DNA of 64,000 bases from Thermoplasmata archaeon (GCA_052326305.1 JBKQPJ010000015.1:35208-99207); one strand, 5' to 3'; shown: positions 26,508 through 36,263, counted from the stretch's first letter. A program made the numbers and translations. The notes: a model not told the origin generated them from the letters alone.

Positions 26508-27838
26508 ATAGCGGATGGGGCTCCGGCAGGGGCCGGACCGCTGAGGAAGTCGGGCATGACTCCGTGCTCGAAAATCTCGTGGATTAGGACGGTCAGGTTG
26601 TAGGCCAGGATCTTCGCCAACAGCTCGTTGACCTGGGCTGTGGGATTCTTGGATCGTAGCGTCTCCCCGAACTTCCGCTTGAGGGCCGAGAAGACTGACT
26701 CCACATTCGACCGAGCATGGTACTTGGCCTCGAACTCCTCCCGGTGCATCTGGAAGAACAGGTACGCCTTGCGCCATAGAAGCGAATGGCTGCGGGCGCG
26801 CGCCTCCGGTGTTCCGCTCCTCAACGTTGTGCGACCGGTTTGATTGGACCGGAACGGAACGTAGAGGTCGAAACCCATCTCTTCAGCGAGTGCGTAGTTC
26901 GCCCGCGCCGAATACGCCTTGTCACCGAAGACTTCCTTGAGGCAAAGACCCGCCTTCGCTGCCTGCCGGATGAGCGGCTCGAACTGTGGATTGTCCGCTC
27001 CCTCCTTTCCTGTCACGGAAACCGCGGCGATGATGTGTGTCTTGACGCCGGCGAGGGCATGGGCCTTGATCCAGAGGTGTTCCCGCTTCTCCCCGTGCTT
27101 TTCCTCTCTCCACGCGCCGAACGAGGTCGTTTGGATGCCCGTCGAGTCAGGGGCGAAGCCACTTTCCAATGCCGCGACCGGGAGGGCCGACCGTGTGATG
27201 AGTTCGTGCAGTATCGGGGTCACATCCTCCCTATTCAGGACTTCCGAGGAGATCGTGTAGTGCGGGGCCTTCGGCAACTGACCCCGCTCGACGGCGAAGC
27301 CGAAAAGACCCCTCGCCCGCCGGCACGAAAGCTGCGAATAGACTTTCTGGACTGAGCAAAAGAGTTGATCCGCGAGCGCAATCGGCGGCCGCCCGGCGTG
27401 GTGGGGATCCCTCTCCGGCTCGGGGATACCCACGACGAGGTCCCGGAGAAGAATGTCGAAGAGACGAATCTCCTCTGTTTGCGCCCGGTCGTACGCCGCC
27501 CATGCCTGGGGGTAGGTGAGCGGAACTCGCTCGGAGACCGTCTCGCCCGAGGGGAGAGTTGTCTGCTTTTCGAGGTAGAACCGAACGGATGCTGCATGCT
27601 TGCAGGGCAGGCCACGCGAGGAGTAGTCCTGGCAGGAACACTCGGGACCCTTCTCGGCGAGATGCACTCGGTACGAACCCGGTCCGCTCTGAGACTTGAC
27701 CAGGAAGAGATCATCACGCACTTGTTCAATGGCTCCGGGAGTCGCTGCGATGAGCCTGCCCTTCGCGACCCGATCAGCGTCGATACTCCAGCCCCCCCAC
27801 CCCGAGGCTGGACTCGGCGGGCCCTCCAGACTCTGCAT
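26480..27838 (-). CDS. DDE transposase (IS5/IS903-like) with N-terminal SWIM zinc finger
   Basis: SWIM CSCQDYSSRGLPCKH; DDE PDSTG, GDKAY, YHARSNVESVFSALKRKFG..QVNEL; start at MQSLEG after GGGAGG RBS. Confidence 0.88.
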   Translation of the reverse strand: MQSLEGPPSPASGWGGWSIDADRVAKGRLIAATPGAIEQVRDDLFLVKSQSGPGSYRVHLAEKGPECSCQDYSSRGLPCKHAASVRFYLEKQTTLPSGETVSERVPLTYPQAWAAYDRAQTEEIRLFDILLRDLVVGIPEPERDPHHAGRPPIALADQLFCSVQKVYSQLSCRRARGLFGFAVERGQLPKAPHYTISSEVLNREDVTPILHELITRSALPVAALESGFAPDSTGIQTTSFGAWREEKHGEKREHLWIKAHALAGVKTHIIAAVSVTGKEGADNPQFEPLIRQAAKAGLCLKEVFGDKAYSARANYALAEEMGFDLYVPFRSNQTGRTTLRSGTPEARARSHSLLWRKAYLFFQMHREEFEAKYHARSNVESVFSALKRKFGETLRSKNPTAQVNELLAKILAYNLTVLIHEIFEHGVMPDFLSGPAPAGAPSAMLVGESAGQ

Positions 27839-27859
27839 CGTTCCTCCCCACCTACCGTT

Positions 27860-27940
27860 GCCTACGTGTAGGCTATGGGCCTGCCGATATAAAGGTGTAT
27901 CGCCTACGTGGGCGCCAACCCATAGGCTATAGTTAAGTAG
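27860..27940. promoter_or_regulatory. Divergent transposase/AbrB promoter region with palindromic operators
   Basis: GCCTAC-GT-GTAGGC (27860-27873), CGCCTACGTGGGCG (27901-27914), TAGGCTAT twice, TATA-like GATATAAA and TTAAGTA. Confidence 0.55.
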
Positions 27941-27971
27941 CCGACCCCCCGTCAAGGAGATTGGAGAGTCC

Positions 27972-28178
27972 GTGCCGGGAATCTTCAGGTCCCCAATCAT
28001 TCTCGTCCGCGAGAAGTCACCCTCGGTCCGCGTGACGATCCCCGAGGGTGTCGCCAAGGCCCTCGGAGCAGAGCCCGGTAAGGACTTGGTTTGGACGCTC
28101 GACCTCAAGGCAGGTTGGGTTACGGTCTCGGCGGAGCCGCCTGAATTTGCTCCCAAGAATGCGTCCAAGCGACGCTGA
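27972..28178 (+). CDS. AbrB/MazE/SpoVT-family small DNA-binding protein
   Basis: SVRVTIPEGVAKALGAEPGKDLVW. Confidence 0.8.
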   Translation: MPGIFRSPIILVREKSPSVRVTIPEGVAKALGAEPGKDLVWTLDLKAGWVTVSAEPPEFAPKNASKRR

Positions 28179-28259
28179 ACCCAAGCCCGACCCGCGGGCC
28201 CTTGGCGCCGCCGATTCCCGTCAGAGCGCACGAAGAACTAGCTCGGAGGCATTGAAAGG

Positions 28260-28280
28260 ACTTTCCTTCCAAAGGAAAGT
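28260..28280 (+). promoter_or_regulatory. Perfect inverted repeat ACTTTCCTT-CCA-AAGGAAAGT upstream of wHTH/methyltransferase operon
   Basis: 9-bp arms, 3-nt spacer, 40 bp before the regulator start. Confidence 0.6.
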
Positions 28281-28319
28281 GCCTAATAGGAAGGTTGTGT
28301 TAGGAATGTCGATTAGAAC

Positions 28320-28676
28320 ATGTCAGCCTCGACAGGAGCGCAGAGACTATTCTCCCAGACGTTCCTTCAAGAAGCGTTGGCTCAGGAAGTTCATCGACTA
28401 CTGTCACTTCAGTACGCCCGAGGGATTCTCGAGGCGCTAGACGAACATCACGAGGGGCTGGACGTCAGGTGGTTTGATGTCAAGGTTGTCGGCGTTGAAG
28501 GGTCGGGCAGGACTGCGTACGTAGTGGTCAAGAAGCTCTCCGCCGCCGGTTGGATATCTTCTAGGGCAGGCACCAAGCCCCAGCGTTGGCTTCTAACCCC
28601 GAAGGGGAAGGAAGCACTGGATCTCGCTCGTCAGGGAGATTCCATAGGAAACGGGGGGCGGGGGCCCGCTAGATGA
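28320..28676 (+). CDS. Winged-helix transcriptional regulator (putative RM controller)
   Basis: ARGILEAL..GRTAYVVVKKLSAAGWI..WLLTPKGKEAL; stop overlaps MTase start. Confidence 0.7.
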   Translation: MSASTGAQRLFSQTFLQEALAQEVHRLLSLQYARGILEALDEHHEGLDVRWFDVKVVGVEGSGRTAYVVVKKLSAAGWISSRAGTKPQRWLLTPKGKEALDLARQGDSIGNGGRGPAR

Positions 28677-29923
28677 GGGGGAATCGGTTCGGGTTCGTCG
28701 ACCTCTTTTGTGGAGCGGGCGGGTTTGCCGAGGGGTTCCTACAGGCCGGGACCGACCGTTCGGAGTTCCAACTGCTCGCGGCCTCGGATGTGCATCGCCA
28801 CGCGCAGGCAACTCACGAGTACCGATTCGGCACTCAGCTCGGTATCCCGTACCGGTTCATCCGGAAGGACATCAGGGACCCGGGCCTCCTTCCTGAGGTC
28901 CGCGAAGCGGTTTCATTAGGGTCCGAAGTCGATGTGGTTTGCGGTGGCCCACCCTGCCAGGGATTCTCGGTCTTCGGCGCAAGGCGCCGGGACGACCCGA
29001 GGAACGATCTGTTCCACCCCTACCTACAGATAGTGCATGCGCTCAGGCCGCGATACTTCGTCATGGAGAACGTGCCCGGCTTCGTCTACATGTATCGGGG
29101 TATGGCCGAGCAACGCATCCGCGAGGCGGTCGATAGCCTGAGGCGGCCTGGTTACACCCTAGCGGGACCGATCTTCGTCAATGCGGCGTCGTTTGGGGTT
29201 CCCCAGTCTCGGGAGCGGGTCATCTTCCTGGGATCGCGCGATGACCAACCGAGGATCGGCTCGGTGCCGGTGCCCGAGGGCATCCACTCCCCATCGGTGG
29301 GGGAGGCGATTTCGGACCTCGCGTTTCTCGGGTCGGGCATGAAGGCAATCGACTATGATCCCCGGTTCCCCCCGGCTTCCGATTACCAGAGGGACTCCCG
29401 TCTCGGCCGGTCCAAGACGCGACCGACTTGGGACGGCAGGCTCCAAAACCACGAGTCCTCGCGGCACACTTCCAGGGTCCTGACACGGTTTCGGCTCGTT
29501 CCGAAAGGGCACTCGACCAAGGATGTGAAAGAGGTGCTGGTCCGCGAAGGGGTCGACTCCGGCAAGAAATGGTGCGTGCGCATTGACGATGCCGACCCGT
29601 CCTTCACGCTCACGACCATTCCGGACGACTTCATCCACTACTCGCAGGACAGGAGCCTGACCGTGCGTGAGTGTGCGCGCCTCCAGTCCTTCGATGATTC
29701 GTTCGTGTTCCTCGGTCCCCGGACAACGGGTGGCGGAGGCGCGGGAAACAAGGTGCGGAACACCGATCTTCCCCAGTATACACAAGTCGGAAACGCCGTG
29801 CCACCGCTAATGGCGCGGGGCATCGCGTTGACGCTTCTCAGGAATCTGGAGAAGACATCCGCTCACCCAGATGGGCCCGAACGACCTTCAGGAACCGCGC
29901 GAGTTCCTTTGGTCGCGGTCTGA
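28673..29923 (+). CDS. DNA (cytosine-5)-methyltransferase 1
   Basis: DLFCGAGG, GGPPCQGFS, ENVPG, PQSRER, LTVRECARLQSF, QVGNAVPP. Confidence 0.93.
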   Translation: MRGNRFGFVDLFCGAGGFAEGFLQAGTDRSEFQLLAASDVHRHAQATHEYRFGTQLGIPYRFIRKDIRDPGLLPEVREAVSLGSEVDVVCGGPPCQGFSVFGARRRDDPRNDLFHPYLQIVHALRPRYFVMENVPGFVYMYRGMAEQRIREAVDSLRRPGYTLAGPIFVNAASFGVPQSRERVIFLGSRDDQPRIGSVPVPEGIHSPSVGEAISDLAFLGSGMKAIDYDPRFPPASDYQRDSRLGRSKTRPTWDGRLQNHESSRHTSRVLTRFRLVPKGHSTKDVKEVLVREGVDSGKKWCVRIDDADPSFTLTTIPDDFIHYSQDRSLTVRECARLQSFDDSFVFLGPRTTGGGGAGNKVRNTDLPQYTQVGNAVPPLMARGIALTLLRNLEKTSAHPDGPERPSGTARVPLVAV

Positions 29924-30623
29924 CGTTCCCCTCCTGACCGTCGCCGAACAGGAAGAACAGGTCGCGTGCCTGGGCGGCCTCCACGATGTCAAAGTCCATT
30001 TCCTTGCGAAGGGCAGCCTGCGTTGAGAGGCAGTGGGGGTGGCCCTTCGACATCAACATCGTCCGTCCCATGAAATCGAAGAACTCCGACTGGGAAATCC
30101 TCACCTTGCTGTTGACGAGAAGAAGGGGCACGATTGACGAACCCGGCGGGAGATGGGTGACGACGTCGGCCGGCCACCGGGCAGTTTGTCTATTTACCAC
30201 CCCATCCGCACCGAGAATGTACCCGATGGCGACGTCGGTCTTCTCCGAAGGTTCTGATTGAGTCGGCTCTCCGGCCTTCCATAGCGTGTAAGTCCCGTAA
30301 GTCGTGGAGACCTCATTGAAGACGAAGAGGGAGGGCCAATCGTGCACGAACTCGAACGCCAAGTGGGTCAGGTAGTCCTGGAAGAGGGCACCGACGATGT
30401 TGCGGGACAGGTTCTGATTGAGGGAGAACTCCGTCTTCGTATTCCTCCGCCCTAGCCAGTTGTAGCCGTCCACGAGTTCCGTCAAGTGTTCTGAAGGTGC
30501 GCGCCCTGCTCGGACATCGTAGCATGATTGGATCTTGGCGAGCCTCATCGCTAGCTCGTCATGTCCGGGCGTCCCGTCATTGACGAGCACCTCGCGAATA
30601 TACACCGACAGCAGATGGGCCAT
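29838..30623 (-). CDS. Putative restriction endonuclease (PD-(D/E)xK-like)
   Basis: Lies between MTase and vsr; FNEV..KTDVAI..LVNSK resembles a nuclease catalytic core. Confidence 0.5.
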   Translation of the reverse strand: MAHLLSVYIREVLVNDGTPGHDELAMRLAKIQSCYDVRAGRAPSEHLTELVDGYNWLGRRNTKTEFSLNQNLSRNIVGALFQDYLTHLAFEFVHDWPSLFVFNEVSTTYGTYTLWKAGEPTQSEPSEKTDVAIGYILGADGVVNRQTARWPADVVTHLPPGSSIVPLLLVNSKVRISQSEFFDFMGRTMLMSKGHPHCLSTQAALRKEMDFDIVEAAQARDLFFLFGDGQEGNVRPRPKELARFLKVVRAHLGERMSSPDS

Positions 30624-30750
30624 CCGGGGTCCATCTGCGAATCTGTAGATAGTCGTTCACACGCCTTAGCGGCCGGTTCTGTGTCCATGTGGCAATTCGC
30701 CGGCAGGGGTGGCGGTGCGGTTACCTATCGTGCTAGACTGACCTGAAAGT

Positions 30751-31224
30751 GTGGCGGATCGGTTGACTCACGCCCAGAGGAGCCGACTGATGTCTCGAAT
30801 ACGGGGTAGGGACACGTTTCCGGAGCTGGCACTCCGGAAAGCCCTGCGCAGACGGGGAGTGCGGTACCGGTCAAACCAGCGGGTCCACGGCATCCGTGTC
30901 GATTTGGTCCTGCGGGGAACGAAGACCCTCGTGATGGTCCAGGGCTGTTTCTGGCACGGCTGCCCCCGTCACTATATCGCTCCGAAATCCAACTCCCGAT
31001 TCTGGAAGAAGAAGATTGTAGCGAACAGAGAGAGGGACCGGTGGCAGGCGGCAATCCTCAGCGCGATGGGGTGGCAGGTGGTCGTGTTGTGGGAGCACGC
31101 CCTCAGGACCGACCCGGCCCGCGCCGTGGAACGATTGATAACCACCGCGCCTCTCCCGTGTAGGGCGGCCCGGCAGGGGGATGCCGGTTACCTGTCAGAT
31201 GAGCGGGGAATGGAGATCCGATAA
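30751..31224 (+). CDS. vsr: Very short patch repair endonuclease
   Basis: RSRLMSRIRGRDT.PEL, GCFWHGC, FWKKKI..NRERD, GWQVVVLWE. Confidence 0.92.
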   Translation: MADRLTHAQRSRLMSRIRGRDTFPELALRKALRRRGVRYRSNQRVHGIRVDLVLRGTKTLVMVQGCFWHGCPRHYIAPKSNSRFWKKKIVANRERDRWQAAILSAMGWQVVVLWEHALRTDPARAVERLITTAPLPCRAARQGDAGYLSDERGMEIR

Positions 31225-33337
31225 GCAGGGCGCGGAGGTCTTCCGCCCCCGAGCCCGCGTCATCAACGTCCTCGGCCGCGACCTGATCCAGAACCCGGTG
31301 GTCGCGATCCAGGAGCTGGTCAAGAACGCGTACGACGCGGACTCCCACCGCATCCGGCTCACTTTCGAGGGACCGCTGGAGAAGGGGCTCGGCGGCCTCA
31401 CCATCGAGGACGACGGGGATGGGATGACCCTCGAGACCGTCCGCACCGCGTGGATGGAACCGGCGACGATCGCGAAGCGCCGCCAGACCCGGACCCGGGC
31501 GGGCCGTCGGGTTACCGGGGAGAAGGGGATTGGCCGGTTCGCTTCCGCCCGCATAGCCAGCCAGCTCGAACTCGACTCCGTTGCCCGGGAGAACGGTCGC
31601 CGGGTTATGGCGCATTTCAACTGGGGAGAGTTCGAGGGCGAGGACCGGTACCTCGACGAGATCCGATGCCGCTGGGAAGAAGGGGCTGCTCCTAGGGGGC
31701 GCGGCCACGGGACGATCCTTCGACTCCGGCAGTTCACCCAGAAGTGGAACGAGGAGAACCTGAGGAATCTGCGGGTCCAGTTATCGAGGTTGCTGCCTCC
31801 CACCGGACCGAAGGCAGACTTCGAGATCGGGTTCGCGGTCGGGGGAACTCTGGGGAAGCGCCTCTCGGGCCCGATCGAGAGGCCCACGTTCATCGAGCAC
31901 GCCCGCTACCAACTACGAGGTCGCGTCGAAGCCGACGGCTCGGTGACGGCGGAGGTATCGTACCGGTCGAGAAGCGAGCCGTTCGTCGAGAAGGGGGGAG
32001 CCCCAGTCCGTGTTGTCATCGAGCGGGAGGGGGAGGAGGACCGACCGCCGACATGCGGTCCGTTCGAGTTCGACATCCGTGTTTGGGACCGCGAGCCCGA
32101 GGACATGAGGGAGCTCGCCAAAGCGGCCGGGTCGACCCTCAGGGACGTGAGGATGGACCTCGACGAGCTGAGCGGGCTCCAAGTCTACCGGGACCGGTTC
32201 CGCATCGTCATGCAAACGCGGGATTGGCTGGGCCTCGACCTTCGCCGGGTCCAGAATCCTAGCCTACGCCTGAGCAACAACCAGATCGTAGGTCACGTCC
32301 AGATCGAATCCGACCGGAACACCGGGCTCGTGGACCAGTCCAACCGCCAGGCGCTCGTAGACAGCCCGCAGCTCGACGACTTCGAGGAAGCAATCCTGTT
32401 CCTGCTCAACCGCCTGGAGGTGTTCCGGCGCCTCAAGAGGCGGAGCCCTGAGAGACCGCCGCCCCGTGCCAGCCTGCTCGAAAAGTTCAACCTGACCGAA
32501 CTCCAAGACTACGTAGCGAAGTCGGACCACTCCAAGGACGAGAAGCTCACCTCCATCATCCAGTCGACGGCGGCCGGAATCAAGACCGGCCTCGGCCAGG
32601 TCCGGGAGATTGTATCACGCTACCGACGCCTGGCAACCCTCGGTACCCTCGTCGACGTGATTCTGCACGAAGGGCGGACGCCCATCGCCGCGATCTCCAA
32701 TTCCGTGGAGATTCTGAAGAAGAGCCTGGCCGGAGGACTCCCCGCACGCGAGGCCGCCGAGGTCAAGCACCAGCTCGATGTGGTCGACCACCAGGTCCAA
32801 GTCCTAACCCAACTCTTCGACCGGGTGGCTCCGTTCAGCGGACGGGCCCGGGGCCGCGTCGAGGTAGCCCCCCTGGAGGACATCATCGCTCGGGCGTTCG
32901 CGGTTCACGCCGGTAGGATCGAGAAGGAGGGGGTGCGGGTCGAACTGCCGTCGGGGCAGACAACCATCCGGATGGACCCCATCGATTTGGAGCTCCTCTT
33001 CCTGAATCTCATCGACAACGCCCTCTACTGGCTACAGAAGGTCCCTGCGGGAAAGCGAGCCATCCGGGTAGAGGTGGCCCGAACCGATGGTAGGGTCGAG
33101 GTCGTGTTCTCAGACAGTGGACCAGGGGTCCAACCGGAGATTGCTGACATGATCTGGGACCCCTGGTTCACCACGAAGCCGGGGGGGATCGGCCTCGGGC
33201 TTACCATCGCCGGGGAGACGGCCGCCGAGCACGACGCGACCCTAGGTCTCTCCGAGAAGGGCCCGCTCCCGGGCGCGACGTTCGTTGTCACCTTCAACTC
33301 TCCCGGCGGTGAAGCCACCCGCGAAGGAGTGGAGTAG
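31199..33337 (+). CDS. MORC-like GHKL ATPase fused to histidine kinase
   Basis: N-terminal ELVKNAYDA, DDGDGM, GEKGIGR, DWLGLD; C-terminal H-box LHEGRTP, NLIDNA, DSGPG, PWFTTK, GIGLGL; start 31199 or 31181. Confidence 0.88.
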   Translation: MSGEWRSDKQGAEVFRPRARVINVLGRDLIQNPVVAIQELVKNAYDADSHRIRLTFEGPLEKGLGGLTIEDDGDGMTLETVRTAWMEPATIAKRRQTRTRAGRRVTGEKGIGRFASARIASQLELDSVARENGRRVMAHFNWGEFEGEDRYLDEIRCRWEEGAAPRGRGHGTILRLRQFTQKWNEENLRNLRVQLSRLLPPTGPKADFEIGFAVGGTLGKRLSGPIERPTFIEHARYQLRGRVEADGSVTAEVSYRSRSEPFVEKGGAPVRVVIEREGEEDRPPTCGPFEFDIRVWDREPEDMRELAKAAGSTLRDVRMDLDELSGLQVYRDRFRIVMQTRDWLGLDLRRVQNPSLRLSNNQIVGHVQIESDRNTGLVDQSNRQALVDSPQLDDFEEAILFLLNRLEVFRRLKRRSPERPPPRASLLEKFNLTELQDYVAKSDHSKDEKLTSIIQSTAAGIKTGLGQVREIVSRYRRLATLGTLVDVILHEGRTPIAAISNSVEILKKSLAGGLPAREAAEVKHQLDVVDHQVQVLTQLFDRVAPFSGRARGRVEVAPLEDIIARAFAVHAGRIEKEGVRVELPSGQTTIRMDPIDLELLFLNLIDNALYWLQKVPAGKRAIRVEVARTDGRVEVVFSDSGPGVQPEIADMIWDPWFTTKPGGIGLGLTIAGETAAEHDATLGLSEKGPLPGATFVVTFNSPGGEATREGVE

Positions 33338-33340
33338 ACG

Positions 33341-34432
33341 ATGGCGGCCGCACCCATCCCGGCTCCCGCCGGCGATTCCTGGCGGATCGCAGTCGTGGAG
33401 GATGAGGAGGATATCCGGGGGCAGATTTGTCACTGGCTGGGGAGGATGGACCCGGTCGAGGGCAAGTCGTTCCAACCCACCCCGTTCCCGGACTTCGACG
33501 GGGCCTGGGCTGGGCTCATGGATTGGAAGTTCGACATTGTCATCCTCGACATCTTCCGAGGACACGGGGGAGTGCCTGCCAGCCCGGGGCTCGATATCAT
33601 GGAGCGAATCAAGCGGACCGCCTTCGTCCCGCTCATCGTCTACACCGCGCTCCCGGAGCGGGTCACGGGACTTCGTTCTCCCATGGTTCGCGTTGTGGGC
33701 AAGGTCTCGGGCCTGGGTGCCCTAGAAGGCGAGGTCCGGCAGTTCCTCGCGTGGCGATTACCCCAGCTCGCGCGGGCGCTGAGAGCCACGTTCGATGACA
33801 CGCTTCGGGACTACATGTGGAGGTTCGTGGACGCCCACTGGGATCGGTTCGAGTCGATGGTCGACAAACCGGACTTCGGACGATTGGTAGTACAACGCCT
33901 CTCGGAGGCATACACCGCTGACGGCTCGAGGGGAGTCCTAGGTGCAGCCTACGGCCCGGTGGCTACGACCGGGCCCCCCGCGGACAAGGTCCATCCCGCC
34001 TCGGTCTACGTCATGCCGGTCCCTACCGGCGTCCTCCGTCTGGGAGACATCCGCGTGCGCCGGGCAGGTGAGAGCCCACCGAAGTATCTCGTGGTCCTTC
34101 AACCGAGCTGCGATACCGTCCGGATCGCACCCGACGCAGAAGGGCAGGGTGCGAGGGACCCCAACGTCGACCGTGTCCTCTGCGCGCGGGCGTACCCACG
34201 GCCCCCGCACAAGTCGGATCACGATTATCCACTTCCGGCGTTCCTCGCGGTTCCGGACCTGATGGTCGAGTTCCACGACCTCGAGATTGCTCCGATCGAT
34301 GACCTGTTGAGTCTCGACTGTGTAGCGAGGGTGGCGAGCCCGTTCGCCGAGCAGCTCGCCGCCAAGTTCGCTGCCTACATCGGACGTATCGGAACGCCAG
34401 AGATAGAAGCGCCCCCGGCCCCTGCGACGTAG
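33341..34432 (+). CDS. Response regulator receiver with uncharacterised C-terminal domain
   Basis: VVEDEE, ILDIF, YTA, VGK; C-terminal LGDI..VVLQPSCD..YIGRIGTP. Confidence 0.8.
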   Translation: MAAAPIPAPAGDSWRIAVVEDEEDIRGQICHWLGRMDPVEGKSFQPTPFPDFDGAWAGLMDWKFDIVILDIFRGHGGVPASPGLDIMERIKRTAFVPLIVYTALPERVTGLRSPMVRVVGKVSGLGALEGEVRQFLAWRLPQLARALRATFDDTLRDYMWRFVDAHWDRFESMVDKPDFGRLVVQRLSEAYTADGSRGVLGAAYGPVATTGPPADKVHPASVYVMPVPTGVLRLGDIRVRRAGESPPKYLVVLQPSCDTVRIAPDAEGQGARDPNVDRVLCARAYPRPPHKSDHDYPLPAFLAVPDLMVEFHDLEIAPIDDLLSLDCVARVASPFAEQLAAKFAAYIGRIGTPEIEAPPAPAT

Positions 34433-34471
34433 TCCAAGTTCCGAGCATAGCAGATTGTCACGTTCCGTTGC

Positions 34472-35764
34472 GTGTGGCAAACCTATTACCAGGAAGCGAG
34501 TATCAACCCCGGCGTGCGCTCTTCCGCCGATGAATGTCGCCGCCCGATTCCCTGCGGTATTGACTTGTTTTCGGGTGCCGGCGGGTTCGGCCTGGGATTC
34601 GAAGCGGCGGGCTTACCCGTCGTGGCCTCCCTAGACAAGGATGCGGATGCCGTAGCCACCCTCGCCGCGAACCCCCCCATTGGCCCCCGGCTTGTCTTCC
34701 ACACCGACATCCGTTCGTTTGGCCCATTAGCGATGGACAAAGCAATCGAGGGCCTTTCTCCCCGTTACCGAGTCGACTTCCTCATCGGCGGGCCGCCATG
34801 CCAGGGCTGGAGCAGGGTCGGACGAGGGAAGCTACGGTCACTCGGGCGTATCGGGTCCACTCCCGCGCCCTTCGCCGAGGAGCGGAACAGGTTGTATCGT
34901 CCGTTCCTCCGGTATGTGTCCCACTTCCGGCCGCGCGTCGTCCTCCTGGAGAACGTGCGGGGAATGGAGTGCTACTACGGGCACGATGGAACGAAGGCGA
35001 TCACGACAGCACTGGACTCTCTGGGGTACCGGACTAAGGTGGTTCCCCTCGACGCCGCCGACTTCGGGGTGCCCCAGCAGAGAAGGCGACTCGTTATTGT
35101 GGGCGTTAGAGAGGACCTGGGACTGGAGCTGGACACACCGATTGGCCCACCCGCCGGATTGGGCATGGATGGCGCCGCACCGACAGTCCGCGACGCGATC
35201 GGCGATCTCCCGTGGGTCCCGTCGGGGAACCAGAGGGATGTGATGCCTTACCGGAAGCTGGAGGATGCCTCTGCGTACCTCAGCCTCCTCCGCCCCGGAT
35301 GGATGAACGGCTCGGTCACTGCCCATATCACCCGGCCCCACCGCCCGGAGGACCGCGAGGCGTTCCGATCGATGAAACAAGGCGGGATCTACTCTGACCT
35401 ACCCGACCGTCTCAAGCGGTATCGCGACGACATATTTGCCGACAAATATCGGAGGTTGGAGTGGGACAAGCCCAGCCCGTGCCTGACGGCCCACCTCGCG
35501 AAGGACGGCTACTCGCACATCCACCCGAGTCAGACGAGGACGATCTCTGTACGGGAGGCGGCGAGGATTCAGGGGTTCCCCGATTGGTACGTCATAGCCG
35601 GGTCGATGGGGAGCCAATTCCGCCAGATTGGAAACTCAGTCCCCCCTCTGCTAGCGTACGCGCTCGCGATTGCTGTACGGAATTTCCTCGGAGTGAAGTC
35701 GGAAATCTCGTGGGACGTTCTATCGTGTTCCGTCTTGCAGACTGGTACGGTCACGAACGAGTGA
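34472..35764 (+). CDS. DNA (cytosine-5)-methyltransferase 2
   Basis: DLFSGAGG, GGPPCQGWS, ENVRG, PQQRRR, ISVREAARIQGFPD, QIGNSVPP; start uncertain. Confidence 0.93.
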   Translation: MWQTYYQEASINPGVRSSADECRRPIPCGIDLFSGAGGFGLGFEAAGLPVVASLDKDADAVATLAANPPIGPRLVFHTDIRSFGPLAMDKAIEGLSPRYRVDFLIGGPPCQGWSRVGRGKLRSLGRIGSTPAPFAEERNRLYRPFLRYVSHFRPRVVLLENVRGMECYYGHDGTKAITTALDSLGYRTKVVPLDAADFGVPQQRRRLVIVGVREDLGLELDTPIGPPAGLGMDGAAPTVRDAIGDLPWVPSGNQRDVMPYRKLEDASAYLSLLRPGWMNGSVTAHITRPHRPEDREAFRSMKQGGIYSDLPDRLKRYRDDIFADKYRRLEWDKPSPCLTAHLAKDGYSHIHPSQTRTISVREAARIQGFPDWYVIAGSMGSQFRQIGNSVPPLLAYALAIAVRNFLGVKSEISWDVLSCSVLQTGTVTNE

Positions 35765-36089
35765 ACTTGTCGCTATCATCCTGCGCGTCCAGGATCTCGT
35801 CTCCAAGTAGGAAGACAACAACGCGGCCGGTTCCAAGGTCGCGTCGTTCCCCATCGTCCAGCTCCCGCCCGAGTGCTTCGTGGGCGGAGTCGACAATGGT
35901 GTGACTCAAGACCTGCCGGCGATGGACTTGGCCGCCGCAGACAAAAACCGCCTCGCTAGGTCCGCCATTCGCGGTCGTAATCCACTTTGGTGTTGCCTTT
36001 CGCACCTCCACACGCTTGAAACCGACTCGAATCAGATCGAAGTACTTCCGACGCACCATGAAGAGGACCTTCCCGGTAACTGTGCTCAC
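35751..36089 (-). CDS. ASCH-domain-like protein
   Basis: KYFDLIRVGFKRVEVRKATPKW (GxKxxExR); GTG start preceded by a G run. Confidence 0.65.
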   Translation of the reverse strand: MSTVTGKVLFMVRRKYFDLIRVGFKRVEVRKATPKWITTANGGPSEAVFVCGGQVHRRQVLSHTIVDSAHEALGRELDDGERRDLGTGRVVVFLLGDEILDAQDDSDKFTRS

Positions 36090-36263
36090 CCCCCTACGTC
36101 CTATCTACAGACCGGGCGTAGTTAGGGTGATTGGGGAGACACTCCAATGACGGGGGTGGGGGGGTCGGTGCGCCGGCCCCCGAAGTTCTTCTCGGAAGTT
36201 CGAACATTCTTAGTCCAATCATTCGTTTCATCTACCGCCTCGACCCGAGGCGGGAGGTGGTGA

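Noticed and set aside
27839..28231. N-terminal extension of the transposase ORF to 28231
   Set aside because: It runs antisense through the AbrB gene and promoter; the RBS-preceded ATG at 27838 is more plausible.
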